From Ginglymostoma cirratum (lineage: Eukaryota), in NCBI GenBank assembly GCA_024137785.1, contig JAHRHZ010000009.1, positions 15,211,892 to 15,275,891 of the forward strand: a stretch of DNA of 64,000 nt, written 5' to 3'. This document shows, piece by piece, positions 27,940 to 39,094 of this stretch; the stretch's first letter is position 1; each line of letters starts with the position of its first letter. The notes beneath the pieces were generated by a model that saw only the letters and a list, made by a program, of their open reading frames with translations, ran no database searches and was not told the origin of the DNA. A program made the translations under genes and the position numbers.

Positions 27940-28720
27940 AACATGCGACCCATTGACCTGTGCTAGCTCTTTGATAGAGTCGTACAATTAGGTTCACCCC
28001 TCAATTCTTTCGCCACAGCCCTGTGATTTTTTTTAAAAGCACGTATCCAATTCCTTTTTACTGTTGAATCTGTTTGCACCACCCTTTCAAGCAGTGCATT
28101 TAAGATCATAACTTTGTAAAAACAAATGCTTCAGCTTTCCCTCCACTTCTTTTGCCAATAATCTTACATCTGTGTCCTCTGGCTAGCAAAACTACGAGCA
28201 ATTAAAACAGCTCCTCCTTATTTACTCGACCAAAATGTTCTATAAATGTGAACATAGGAATATGGGAAACAAGGGCAGAAGTAGGCTAATCATCCCTTCT
28301 GCCATTCAAATGCACCATGTCTGATTTTTGCCCTCAATGCCAATTTTCTGCACCATCCCCATGTGCTTTGATGTTTTAAATATTTAGAAATCTATCAACT
28401 TTTGTCATGAAAATACTCAATGACTGAAAGTCTGCAGTCCTCTTAATTTCCTGAGTTTTAAGGAGAACCATCCCAACTTGTTCAGTCTGTCCAAGTAACT
28501 GAGATCCCTTACCCTCTGGTAGATGTCGGAGGTGTTGATATCCTTCCTGAAATGCAGTGTCCAGAATTTGGACACAATACAGCAGCTGGGACGTAACCAA
28601 TGATTTATAGAAGTTTAGTATAGCTTCCTAATTTTGTATTCTACAGCTCAGTTCATCAAACCAAGGATCCCATCTGCTCTGCTGAAGTGTTCTCAACTGG
28701 TTCTGCCACATTCAAAGAAT
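27940..28720 (-). mobile_element. Old CR1 LINE fragments (two nested 3' ends plus an RT C-terminal piece)
   Basis: LLYCVQILDTAFQEG (LEYCVQFW motif remnant) in ORF 28376..28600, plus CR1 tail words. Confidence 0.6.
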
Positions 28721-29572
28721 TGTGTTTCTGTTCGAGCAGCCACTTCAAATTGTACTGTTTACTACATTATATGCAAAATAAAAGTGTTTTTAAACAATAG
28801 AAGCTATCATGAGGAGGTCACTATTTGCATTTACTCAATGAGAGACAGGCCAGCGGGACTTAATTTCTGTGATGTCTTTAACATTAATTTATCTAGGCAG
28901 CTTAACTTCAGGGTTTTTTTTATAGGAAAACTAAGAACTTGCCCAAAAAATGTCTTCTATCATGTCAACTTGGGTTGTCCATGGTAGGACTAAGAATCTG
29001 GGATCTCTGATAATTCAGGTCTTCAAATTTTTTTATTCAGATCTCTCCATGGCCTCACCTGCTTATCTCTAATTGCTTATGAATTTAAAATTCTCCAGAA
29101 TCTCTGCATTCCTCAATTTTGGCCTCTTGAGCATTGCCCAATTTTAATTAACTACCAACGATAGACATGCTTTCAGCAGCTTGTCCTAAATTGCAGAATG
29201 CCTTCCTTAAACCACTGTATTTCTACTCAACCCTCTTCCTTTAAGATGGTCATAGACTAATAGTGGTACAGAATAAAGAAACTCCACTCTCTGTGCAAGG
29301 AAAATTCTCCCAATATCTCCTGCTTTGGCTCAGTATCAAAGGTCATTTGATAATCTTGCCTGTGGAGCACCTTAAAGCATTTTACAAGATTAAAGATGCT
29401 AGAAAAATTCAAGCTGTTGCTTTGTAATACCTTGTTTAAAAAGTAACAAATGCTATTCTAAGTCCCTGGTACAAATATTACTCTTTTGCTTCTCAACAAA
29501 TTTACCCATCCTCACCAAAATGCACCTCACCCCAGATTGTCCCACTCACCCACTCAGACCTCCACCCTTAAG

Positions 29573-30192
29573 CTAAGATAACAAGGTGTGGAGCTGGATG
29601 AACACAGCAGGCCAAGCAGCATCATAGGAGCAGAAAAGCTTGACATTTCGGGCCTAGACCCTTCATCAAGCTTTCCTGCTCCTATGNNNNNNNNNNNNNN
29701 NNNNNNNNNNNNNNNNNNNNNNNNNNNNNNNNNNNNNNNNNNNNNNNNNNNNNNNNNNNNNNNNNNNNNNNNNNNNNNNNNNNNNNNNNNNNNNNNNNNN
29801 NNNNNNNNNNNNNNNNNNNNNNNNNNNNNNNNNNNNNNNNNNNNNNNNNNNNNNNNNNNNNNNNNNNNNNNNNNNNNNNNNNNNNNNNNNNNNNNNNNNN
29901 NNNNNNNNNNNNNNNNNNNNNNNNNNNNNNNNNNNNNNNNNNNNNNNNNNNNNNNNNNNNNNNNNNNNNNNNNNNNNNNNNNNNNNNNNNNNNNNNNNNN
30001 NNNNNNNNNNNNNNNNNNNNNNNNNNNNNNNNNNNNNNNNNNNNNNNNNNNNNNNNNNNNNNNNNNNNNNNNNNNNNNNNNNNNNNCTGCTCCTATGATG
30101 CTGCTTGGCCTGCTGTGTTCATCCAGCTCCACACCTTGTTATCTCGGATTCTCCAGTATCTGCAGTACCTATTACCTCTGATACAATTTTAA
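29573..30192. mobile_element. Fold-back Penelope-derived insertion, family B, spanning the assembly gap, with 13-bp TSD
   Basis: Arms 29577-29640 and 30087-30144 are inverted copies. CTCCACCCTTAAG at 29560-29572 and 30193-30205. Confidence 0.85.
29687..30086. other. Assembly gap (400 N)
   Basis: Run of n. Confidence 1.
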
Positions 30193-30544
30193 CTCCACCC
30201 TTAAGGTGTCTACTGTATCAAAAAAGTAGAGTGTTGATCTTTGGATCTTATGATGCCCTTGACGATGGTGGTCAAGGATATTAATGTCAATGGCCCTACA
30301 GTTTATTTTCAGTTTTGTCAGGCAGTAATTGCTTACACTGTACATAATTCACAGAACAGGAACATGTAAAGAGGAAGACCCATTCAATGTTATCAACATT
30401 GGCCTGTATCCTAACTCACATTCCATCAGCCTTCATACTCTTCTCAACAAAAATCTCTCAATCTCAGTTGTGAGATTTTAAAATCAACCCTTAAACTCAA
30501 CAGCTTTACTGGGTAGAGGGTACCAAATTCCGACTCCCCTTTGT

Positions 30545-31020
30545 GGGAAGGATTGCCAGGCTTGGAGGGATTGAGTTACAGGAAGAGGCTGAAAGGGCTC
30601 GGGCTATTTTCCCAGGAGCATCGGAGGCTGAGAGGCGACCTTATAGAAGTTTATGAAATGATGAGGGGCGTGGATAGGGTGAATGGACAAGATCTTTTCC
30701 CCAGGGTAGGGGAGTCCAAAATAAGACGGCATAGGTTTAAGGTGAGTTGGGAAATATTTAAAAGGGACCATTTAAGGAGCAAATTTTTCACACAGAGGGT
30801 GGTGTGTGTACGGAATGAGCTGCCGGAGGAAGTGGTGGAGGCTGGTACGATTACATTTAAAAGTCATCTGGGTGGTTATGTGAATAGGAAGGGTTTAGAA
30901 GGATGTGGGCCAAATGCTGCCAAATGGGACTTGATTAATTTAGAATATCTGGCCAGCACAGAGTTGGACCGAAGGGTCTGTTTCCATGCTGTACGTCACG
31001 ATGATGCTATGGCTGACTCC
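30545..31020 (+). mobile_element. CR1 LINE 3' end (ORF2 C-terminus)
   Basis: LEGLSYRKRL..LGLFSQEHRRLRGDLIEVY...FFTQRVV in ORF 30541..31023. Confidence 0.92.
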
Positions 31021-32427
31021 TAATACCATCCTGGCCGTAATTTTAAAGTTCAGCCCCTTCTTCTGGACACCACCTTACCATTCCTATCTTTCCCTCTTCC
31101 CCTATCAGCTAGGGAAAATAGATTTTTCCCCTTTATCTCATCAACTCCTTCAAGTCTCTTCAACCCCAATCAGATCAACCCTTAGCCAATATTCTTATGA
31201 AACAAGCAAAAAGTTCGAAGTAGCAATGCGGTTAAGACATTGCTTCAGTTGAATGATGTGTGAACGAATTCTGATTCCCTAGAGGATGAGGCTTTCACTT
31301 GCTTCAATGTTGATGCAGTTAGTCCTTGCTTTCGGATTCACAGTAGCAGAAAATGTTATAATTTAGCAGCTTTAATGACACAGTAGTAAAGTGCATATCT
31401 GCAACTATACTGCAGCCAGCAGAGTTATTGCCATGGAAACTAGCACAGCTTATAATCGCTTCAGTGCTGAGAATGTGGAAAATGCAGGATCAAATATGAT
31501 GTGCAAATAGTATATCAAAAAACACATTTATTACTCACACTGTGAGGGAAGTGCGGGGGAGGGTTAGTCAAATTGTACCGGGACAGTGGATTTCACTTAT
31601 GTGGCGAGACTGGGATTGTTCTACTTAGAACAGAGAAAGTTAAAAGGAGATTTAATGGAGGTGTTCAAAAATCAGGAAGTGATTTGAGAGTTTCTCCTTG
31701 TTTCATCCTTGGCAGGAGAGCCAGCAGCCAGAGGACACTGAATTAAAATCATCAGCAGAAGAACTTAAGGCAGAGATGGGGAGATTTTCTCACATAACAA
31801 ATTGTTATGACAGGAATACATGGTCTGAGAGCAGTGGAAGCAGATTCAATTGTAACTTTTAAACAGGAAAGAATTTCAGGGTAATAAAAACAAGCACTAT
31901 GGTTGGTGGGAATCTGAAACAAACATGGAAAATGCTGGAGAAACTCAGCAGGTCTGACAGCATCTGTGGAGTGAGCAAAACAGAGTTAACATCAGTTCTG
32001 AAGAAGTTAGATGAGGAGAGTTGGCCCATAGACTATCCAAACAATAGCCTGACATAGTCATGCTCATGTAATCATAACTTAGCATGTCTCCAGACAATAA
32101 CACCATTACCCCTGGGTATATCTGGTCCCATTGGCAAAACAAATCCATGCGTGGTGGCAGCACAGTGGTATATACTCAGGAGGGAGTTGCGCGAGAGTGC
32201 TCAACATTGATTCCAAACATCATAATGTTTCATGCCATCAGGTCAAACATGGGCAAGAATATTTCCTCCTGATTACCACCTACCACCCTCCATCAGCTGT
32301 TAAATCAGTATTACTCCATGTTGCACTCTGGGTGAGGAATCTCAATGTTCACCTCCAACAATGGCTCAGTTGTACTATAACTGACTGAGCTGGCCAAGTC
32401 CTTAAGCACATAAGGAACAAAAGACTG

Positions 32428-32611
32428 GAACAAAAACAGAAGTTGCTGGAAAAGGTCAGCAGGTCTGGCAGCATCTGTGAAGAAAAAAGTCAGAGTTAAC
32501 ATTTCGTGAACTGTTCTGAGGAAGGGTCACTGGACCCGAAACATTGATTCTAGTTTTTTTCTTCACAGATGCTGCCAGACCTGCTGAGCTTTTCCAACAG
32601 CATCTGTTTTG
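32428..32611. mobile_element. Fold-back Penelope-derived insertion, family A
   Basis: Inverted arms (gttgctggaaaaggtcagcaggtctggcagcatctgtgaag / cttcacagatgctgccagacctgctgagcttttccaacagc) around CTGAGGAAGGGTCACTGGACCCGAAAC. Confidence 0.85.
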
Positions 32612-32912
32612 CCACAAGACTGGGTCTGCAGCAAATTGTGAGGGAACCAAAAAAAGGGAGAAACCAATTTCATCTAATCCTCACCATTCGAACTACCACA
32701 GATGTATCTGTTCATGACAACACCAGCGGAAATGACCACTGTACAATCCTTGTGGATGCAAAGTCCCACCTTCACATTGAGGATAGTCTACATCATCTTG
32801 TGTGGCAGTGCCACAGTGCTAATGGGACAGACTTTGACCAGATCTAGCAACTAAAAACTGGGCGTCCAGGAGACGCCATGAGCCATCAGCACCAGGGTTG
32901 TATTCAACCACA

Positions 32913-33160
32913 TAAGAAGTGAAAGAACTGAGTATACCATAAATCAGAAACAAAAACAGAAGTTGCTAGAAAAGCTCAGCAGGTCTGACAACAACTGTGA
33001 AGACAAATCAGAGTTAACATTTCAGGTCCCGTGACCCTTCCTCAGAACAGAGGAAGTTCTGATGAAGGGTCACCGGACCTGAAATGTTAACTCTGGTTTG
33101 TCTCCACAGATGTTGCCAGACCTGCTGAGCCTCTCCAGCAACTTCTGTTTTTGTTTCCGC
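32913..33160. mobile_element. Fold-back Penelope-derived insertion, family A, with two back-to-back hammerheads and an 11-bp TSD
   Basis: ATTCAACCACA at 32902-32912 and 33161-33171. Inverted arms of about 100 bp; cores at 33013-33047 (-) and 33055-33092 (+). Confidence 0.9.
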
Positions 33161-35536
33161 ATTCAACCACAATTTGGATCCTCATGACCTGGCATATCTC
33201 CCATTCTACCATTACCATTAGACCAAGGAATCAATCCTGGCTCAAGAGAGAGGGGAAGCGGGCAGGCCAGGAGCAGCACCAAGCATACCTCAAAATAAGG
33301 AGTCAAAGTGTGCCAAAGATACAACACAAAGGGCCATTTCAATAGACAGAGCGAAGGGATGCCACAACCAAGTCCGGGACTATGTCTACATTATAGACAG
33401 TAACCAGGGCTCCAGATGCCTGCTTTGCACAGGTTGGGGCCACAGTTCTCAGATTAGGATTAGGAGCATCACCAGGGCCCTTGATTTCTGGCCCTGTCTA
33501 CAACCATCAGATCAGATTTGTGCTCTGCAGTCCTGCAATACCAGTTTTGAATGGTGGCAGGCAATTAAACAACTTACATTCGTAGGAAGCTCCACAAATA
33601 ACCCCATCCTCGATGCTGGGGGCATCCCTGAAAAATAGTGCAAAAGGCATGGCTGAACCATTTGTCACCATCTTCAGCCAGAGTTACCAAGTAAATGATC
33701 CACTTTGGTCCACTCCTGAGGTGCCCAGCATCACAGACGCTCGTCTTCAGCCAATTCAATTCATTCCACGTGATATCAAGAAACAGCTGAAGACACAGGA
33801 TGCAGTAATTGCTATGGGCCCTGGCAACGTTCCAGTAATAGTACAGAGGACTTGTGCTCCAGAACTAGATGAAGCCAAGCTTTTCCAGTATAGCTACTAC
33901 AGTGGCACCTATCTGACGGTGTGAAAAATTGCCCAGGTGCGTCTTGCACTCAAAATGCAGAATAATCCAACCCAGCCAATTAACGCTCATCTACTGTTGA
34001 GTGTCAGCAAAGTGAAGAAAGGTGTCATCAACTTTGTTAGCAAGCAGTCCCTGCTCTGCAATAACCTGCTCACTGATGCACAGTTTAGGTTCTACCAGAG
34101 CCACTCAGCTTCTGACCTCATTACAGCCTTGGTTCAAATATGAACTCAAGGGGAAGTAACAGTGGCATCAAAGCAACCTTTGGCTGAGTGTGGAATCAAA
34201 GAGCTCTATCAGAACTGGAGTCAGTGGGATTCAGGAAAGTCTCCATTTATTGGTGTGATACCTAGGACAAAGGAAGGTGGTTGTAGTTCATTGGAAGCCA
34301 ATCAATCAGTGCTGCTCCACTGCTGCTGGAGTTCCTCAGGGTAGCGGCCCACGCCCAACCATTTTCAACACCTTCATCAATGAACTTCCCTCCGTCTAAA
34401 GGTCAAAAGTACAGATGCTCCCTGATGATTGCACAATGGTCAGTGCTATTTGTGACATCTGAAATACTGAAGAGGTACTCCATATACAGTGAAATCAAGA
34501 CAACATTCATGCTGGATCTGACACGTGTGAGTAAACGACCATCTGCAACAATCGAGAGCCTAACCATTGCTACTAGACATTCAATGACATTACTATCACT
34601 GAATTTCTCATGATCAACATCCCGACAATAAGCATCAACCAGAAATTGAATTGTACCAGCCACATTAATACTGTGGCTACAAGTGCAGGTCAGACACTGG
34701 CATTCTGCTGTGGTAAGTCATCACCTGCTTCCCAATGTCTGTCCACCATCTACAAGGCTGAAGTCAGGAGTGTGATGGAATACTCTCCACTTACCTGGAT
34801 AGGTGCAGCTCTAACAACACTCAAGAATTGTGAACTCATTTAGGACGAAGCAGCCAGCAATTCACCAAGGCTCCTTCAAGTGTACCTTCAAGACGGTGAA
34901 CTTTACCACCTAGAAGGACAAGCGCAGCACAGACATGGGAAAAACCACTACCTAACATTCCCCTCCAAGGCAAACACCATTCTGACTTGGAACTAGATCA
35001 GTACTCCATCAATGTCACTGGGTCTAAATCCTGTCACTCCCTTCCTAACAACATTTACACCACCCAATTTGCAGCAATACAGGACGGTAGGTTCACCACT
35101 CCTTTATCAAGGCAATTAATGATGGGCAATAAATGCTGGGCCTGCCAGCAATGCCACATACACTGTGAAATAATTTTGAAATTGGGACATCCTGCAACAA
35201 TGAAAGGTGCCAGAGGAATGAAAGTCCTATATTTTTAGCTGCCTTTCCAGCAATATTTGCTTCCTGATGGTAGACTCAGTTGGATGTCAGTCCCTTGCCC
35301 ACTGATAGTCACATCTTGGCTTGAAGGAAGGAACTAACTCCATCTGTGTCCTGCACAGTTAACATTTCCTCGGGTAGTAAATTCTACAGATTGTAAAGTT
35401 TGTTTTTTATCACGATGACAGGGAACAGACAGGAATCATCAAAGAAATTTGAGCAATAAATATCTGATATACTGTCATTAATATTAAAGCAAATAATATC
35501 AAACATTGTCGATGTAAAAAGTGGAATTTCACCAAC

Positions 35537-35683
35537 CTCTTCCTGAACAGGGTAAATTAGAATTTCCTCGACATTTCCTTGCACTTTCCTCAACTGACAT
35601 GCGACAAGACTCTGGATGCTCACATATTCTGCCACTCCATCCTTCATAGCAGTTGCATCTTCCACAATTGCACTGCCCAACAC
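35537..35683 (-). CDS. ITGBL1: ITGBL1 internal coding exon (147 nt, phase 1-1; exon 7 equivalent)
   Basis: aaaataaag|GT GTT GGG...GGA AGA G|gttggt. Translates [50 protein letters not shown]. Confidence 0.93.
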
Positions 35684-36399
35684 CTTTATTTTAGATCCAA
35701 TAGGCAGGTATTAGAAAGAAGAATAAAAATAAAATACTGTGAACGTTTGTCAGGTATCAGTATTCAATTTCACTCAAAACCAACATGCTTCACTAATCCC
35801 TGCTAAATTCTATTCTCTTGTCATTTTTATTGTTCCATCTTTGATGATTGTACCTTCAACCAGTGAGAATCTGAACTCTACAATTCCGTCCCTGAACCCC
35901 TATTTTTTTCGATTCCTATAAAAGCAGATTCTTTGGCAAAGCTTTTGGTCACCTTCAGTGTCAAATTTGTATCTGATCCTGTGCTGTTTTAAGTGTGCTA
36001 TATAAATGTAGATTGTTGTTGATGATGCCAGTTGCAGTCAGGTACTTTCTCCATGAGATGCAATATTACAGCTACCTGTGCGACATGAGGGAGATAAATA
36101 GTGTCAAACTCTCAAAATCAATATTTATTGCTTTCTTCTGTATTAGCTACTTGTAACAATCCATTACAGGATAATTCCATAATTAAGCAACTAACAGAAG
36201 GGAAGGCAAAGCACTCTTAAATTGTAGACTGATTAAGAAAAAGTGTGCATATTTATTCTAGAATACATATTCAGAATATTCCTTCTTCCTCTATAATAAA
36301 TAGACATGTGTCAAGTTTCAAATATTGAACAGGTTAGTGATCTTCTATCTAGAAAATAGACTGGGGAACTGACATATTTCTAAATATATCAAAGGTCTT

Positions 36400-37000
36400 T
36401 CCTTGACCCCTCCTATTTCTCATCTACAAGATGTTCCTTGGTGACAATATGCAAAGTCACAGCTTTAATTTCAGATGTATGCTTAGAGAGTACATGGTAC
36501 CAGCTGTACCTCACCACCATCTTTCTTGATTCCTCCACTGTTACTGATCCAAATCTGGTACTGGGTGAGCAGAAATCTTATCCTATTCAATATCAGGAAG
36601 CCTGGAACAATTGATTTCACACTTACTCTAAACTTTGTTCAGTCAATCCGCTTGCAAATTTCGTGCCAGATTTGATCCCAACATTAGCTTCCAACATCAT
36701 AGTTACTCCATTACAAAGATCACCTATTTCTACTTCTGTAATATAGATTTCAATCGCCCAACCTTGGCTATTCCACAGCTAAACCCTCATCCCTTACTTC
36801 ATTATTTCTAGCCTTGACTACTAGCCCGTGCCCCACATTCTAATCTCTGTAAACTTGGATTCATTCAAAAGTCTGCTGGCGGTGCCTTACCCTGCGATGA
36901 GTACTGTTCCCCCACTCACCCCTGTGCTCACTGACTTAATGACACCTGGTTAAGCAAGGTATTGAGATTAAAATTCTCATCTTTGTCTTCACATCCCTCT
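36400..37000 (+). mobile_element. Old L2 LINE 3' ORF remnant
   Basis: ctccattacaaagatcacctatttctacttctgtaatat, tagccttgactac, cacccctgtgctcactgac, ttaaaattctcatc are typical L2 3' words. Confidence 0.65.
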
Positions 37001-37579
37001 GTTGTGATTATATTAAAGCTGATAAGAACAGGGACAACACTCTTGCCCTTCCGTGTCTCAGTGAATGATTTTACAATGACTAATTGTATGTTGGACGCTC
37101 TCTTGGGTCCTCAGCGTCACAGATGCCAGTCATCATCCAATTCAATTCACTCCACATGGCATCATGAAATGGCTGGAGGCAGTGGACACTGCAAAATCTC
37201 TGCGCCTTGACAACACTCTGGCAATTGTACTGAAGCTTTGCACTTTTGATCCTGAAATTTCTCAACCTGCTAGTGACAGTACATATTTCAATCTCTACAG
37301 AGTCAACAAGCCAATAAACTGAAGAACCAGCTGCATCCCTTGCCAAGGTGTTCCTGTATTGCCACAACATTAGCATCTCCCTGAAATGCGTGAAAAATTG
37401 CCCAGGTATTCCCTGCCCATAAAATGTAGGACAAATCCAACCTGGTCAATCACACCTATCAGTTTACACTTGATAATCAGTGAAGTGATGCAAGGAATCA
37501 TTGACAGAGCTATTCAGCAGCAAATGGGAACACTACCACACTGTCACAAGGACACATGTAGTTCTTCAGGGTAATTATG

Positions 37580-38090
37580 TCGAATCAACTTATTCAGAGG
37601 TGTCATGCCACAGCTCTGGAGCCGATGGAACTTGAACCCATGGCTCTTGGTCTAGAGGTAAGGACACTACCACTTTATGACAAGAGCCCTGAATTTGTTG
37701 TGGTTCTTTTTTTTTAAAAAAATCAACCTGTTATGGAACATCTCTAGTGCAGATGGGACTTGAACACGGGCCTCCTGAATCAGAATTAGGGACACTACCA
37801 CTGTTCCACAAGGGCCCTATGATCCCTCAGGGTTTTTTTTTTAAACTATTTTCTATTTCCCAAACAACCTGTTCAGAGATGTTATAACACACCTCTGGAG
37901 CAGATAGGACTTGAACCTGGGCCTCTTGGTTCAAAGGTAGGGATGCTATCACCGCACCACAAGAGCCCTGAATTTATTGTGTTTATTTTTTTTAAATCAA
38001 CCTGTTATGACATATCTCCGGTGCAGGTAGGACTTGAGCACATGCCTCCTGGCTGAGAGGTAGGGACACTAACTCTTCACGAGAAGGCCT
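37580..38090 (-). repeat. Four tandem ~105-bp tRNA-like SINE units arranged as a duplicated dimer
   Basis: Each unit reads on + strand caacctgtt...ctggagcag.tgggacttgaac...ggtagggacactaccac...acaagagccc; period about 270 bp for the dimer. Confidence 0.85.
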
Positions 38091-38137
38091 CATAGCTCCT
38101 CAGTGTTGTGACCTATTCCCAACCATCTTCCAACCAT

Positions 38138-39094
38138 AATTAGGTCAGAAGGGGCTCCCCTGGTGCAGGGTAATATCTGTACCCCTCGATCAGGAGGTCT
38201 GGTTCAAGTCCCACCTGTTTCAGGGGTGTGTAATAACATCTCTGAGCATGTTGATTAGATAAATAGGTTAAATAAAATTTTGATATTAGGTCAGAAGACC
38301 ACTGTCCTTATCCCCCTACCTCCTTCACCTTTGGTGGTTTGCATCAGGCTTTGTTTGTAAATACTTAATTGGTTACACGGGTGTTTTTACTGGTGGTGGA
38401 TGGTAGTTAAAAAAGAAAAACAAAGAAATGCCCCCGTGATTTTGGTGGTGGGAAGGTTCACTCAGTTGTGTGTGCTAACACTCCTGGGTAGAAGAAAGGA
38501 AAATTAGGTCAGTAGAGGCTCTTGCAGCACAGTGGTAGTGTTTCTACCTCTGAGCAAGGACACCTGGATTCAAGTCACACCTGCTTTGAAGGTGGGCAAG
38601 AGCATCCCTATACAGGTTGATTAAACAAAAAACAATTAGGTCAGAAGACCAGTCTCTGTGGTGCAATTTATCAGTGCTATTGTCTGTTAACCGAAAGGTT
38701 GGTAGTTCAAGACTACCTAGAAACAGAGCCTCCCCCAGTAAAGGCGGTGCAGTGGTAGTGTCTCTGCCACTGAGTCAGAAGACCTGAGTTCAAGTCCCCA
38801 CTGCTTCAGACGTGTGCAACAACTTCTTTGAACTGGCTAATTAGAAAATAGGTCTGAAGTTGCCCGTTACAAGCTTTGCATGAAAATTAATCAACAGGAT
38901 AACATGGGCGAAACATCTAAAAGAAAATCAATTGCGTATAGGAACACTTCTGGATTTTAAAAATAAATTACATTAGAAGTGGGGCAGTGGTAGTGTCCCT
39001 ACTTCTGAGGCAGGACACCTAGCACTCCCCATATGCTACATTGGTGTGACAGCAACTCTGAACAGGTTGGTGAGAAAATAAATTAGATCAGAAG
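38138..39094 (+). repeat. Array of seven 14-bp direct repeats (AATTAGGTCAGAAG) separated by 100-205 bp inserts, including four + strand tRNA-like SINE units
   Basis: Repeats at 38138, 38285 (13-mer), 38502, 38634, 38846, 38966 (degenerate) and 39081. Confidence 0.85.
38652..38725 (+). pseudogene. tRNA-Asn(GTT) pseudogene
   Basis: GTCTCTGTGGTGCAAT...CTGTTAACCGAAAGGTTGGTAGTTCAAG aligns without gaps to the recalled vertebrate tRNA-Asn (74 nt, about 75% identity by hand count). Anticodon loop intact; D-arm, T-stem and acceptor pairing broken. Confidence 0.85.

Larger units (their letters stand above)
32030..35170 (+). mobile_element. Degenerate CR1-group LINE (AP endonuclease, RT and 3' tail), with nested insertions
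   Basis: Endonuclease remnants TTYHPPS, NLNVH, DHCTI; RT remnants LTDAQFRFYQSHSA..LITALV, GVPQGS, YKAEVRSVMEYSPLTW; tail ggcaattaatgatgggcaataaatgctgg. Confidence 0.88.

Noticed and set aside
29554-30181. Long ORFs of 192 and 197 aa
   Set aside because: Artefacts of reading through the N gap and a palindromic repeat.
38138-39094. True CRISPR array
   Set aside because: Vertebrate intron, 14-bp LINE-derived repeat, long variable spacers that are partly homologous to each other, and no cas genes.
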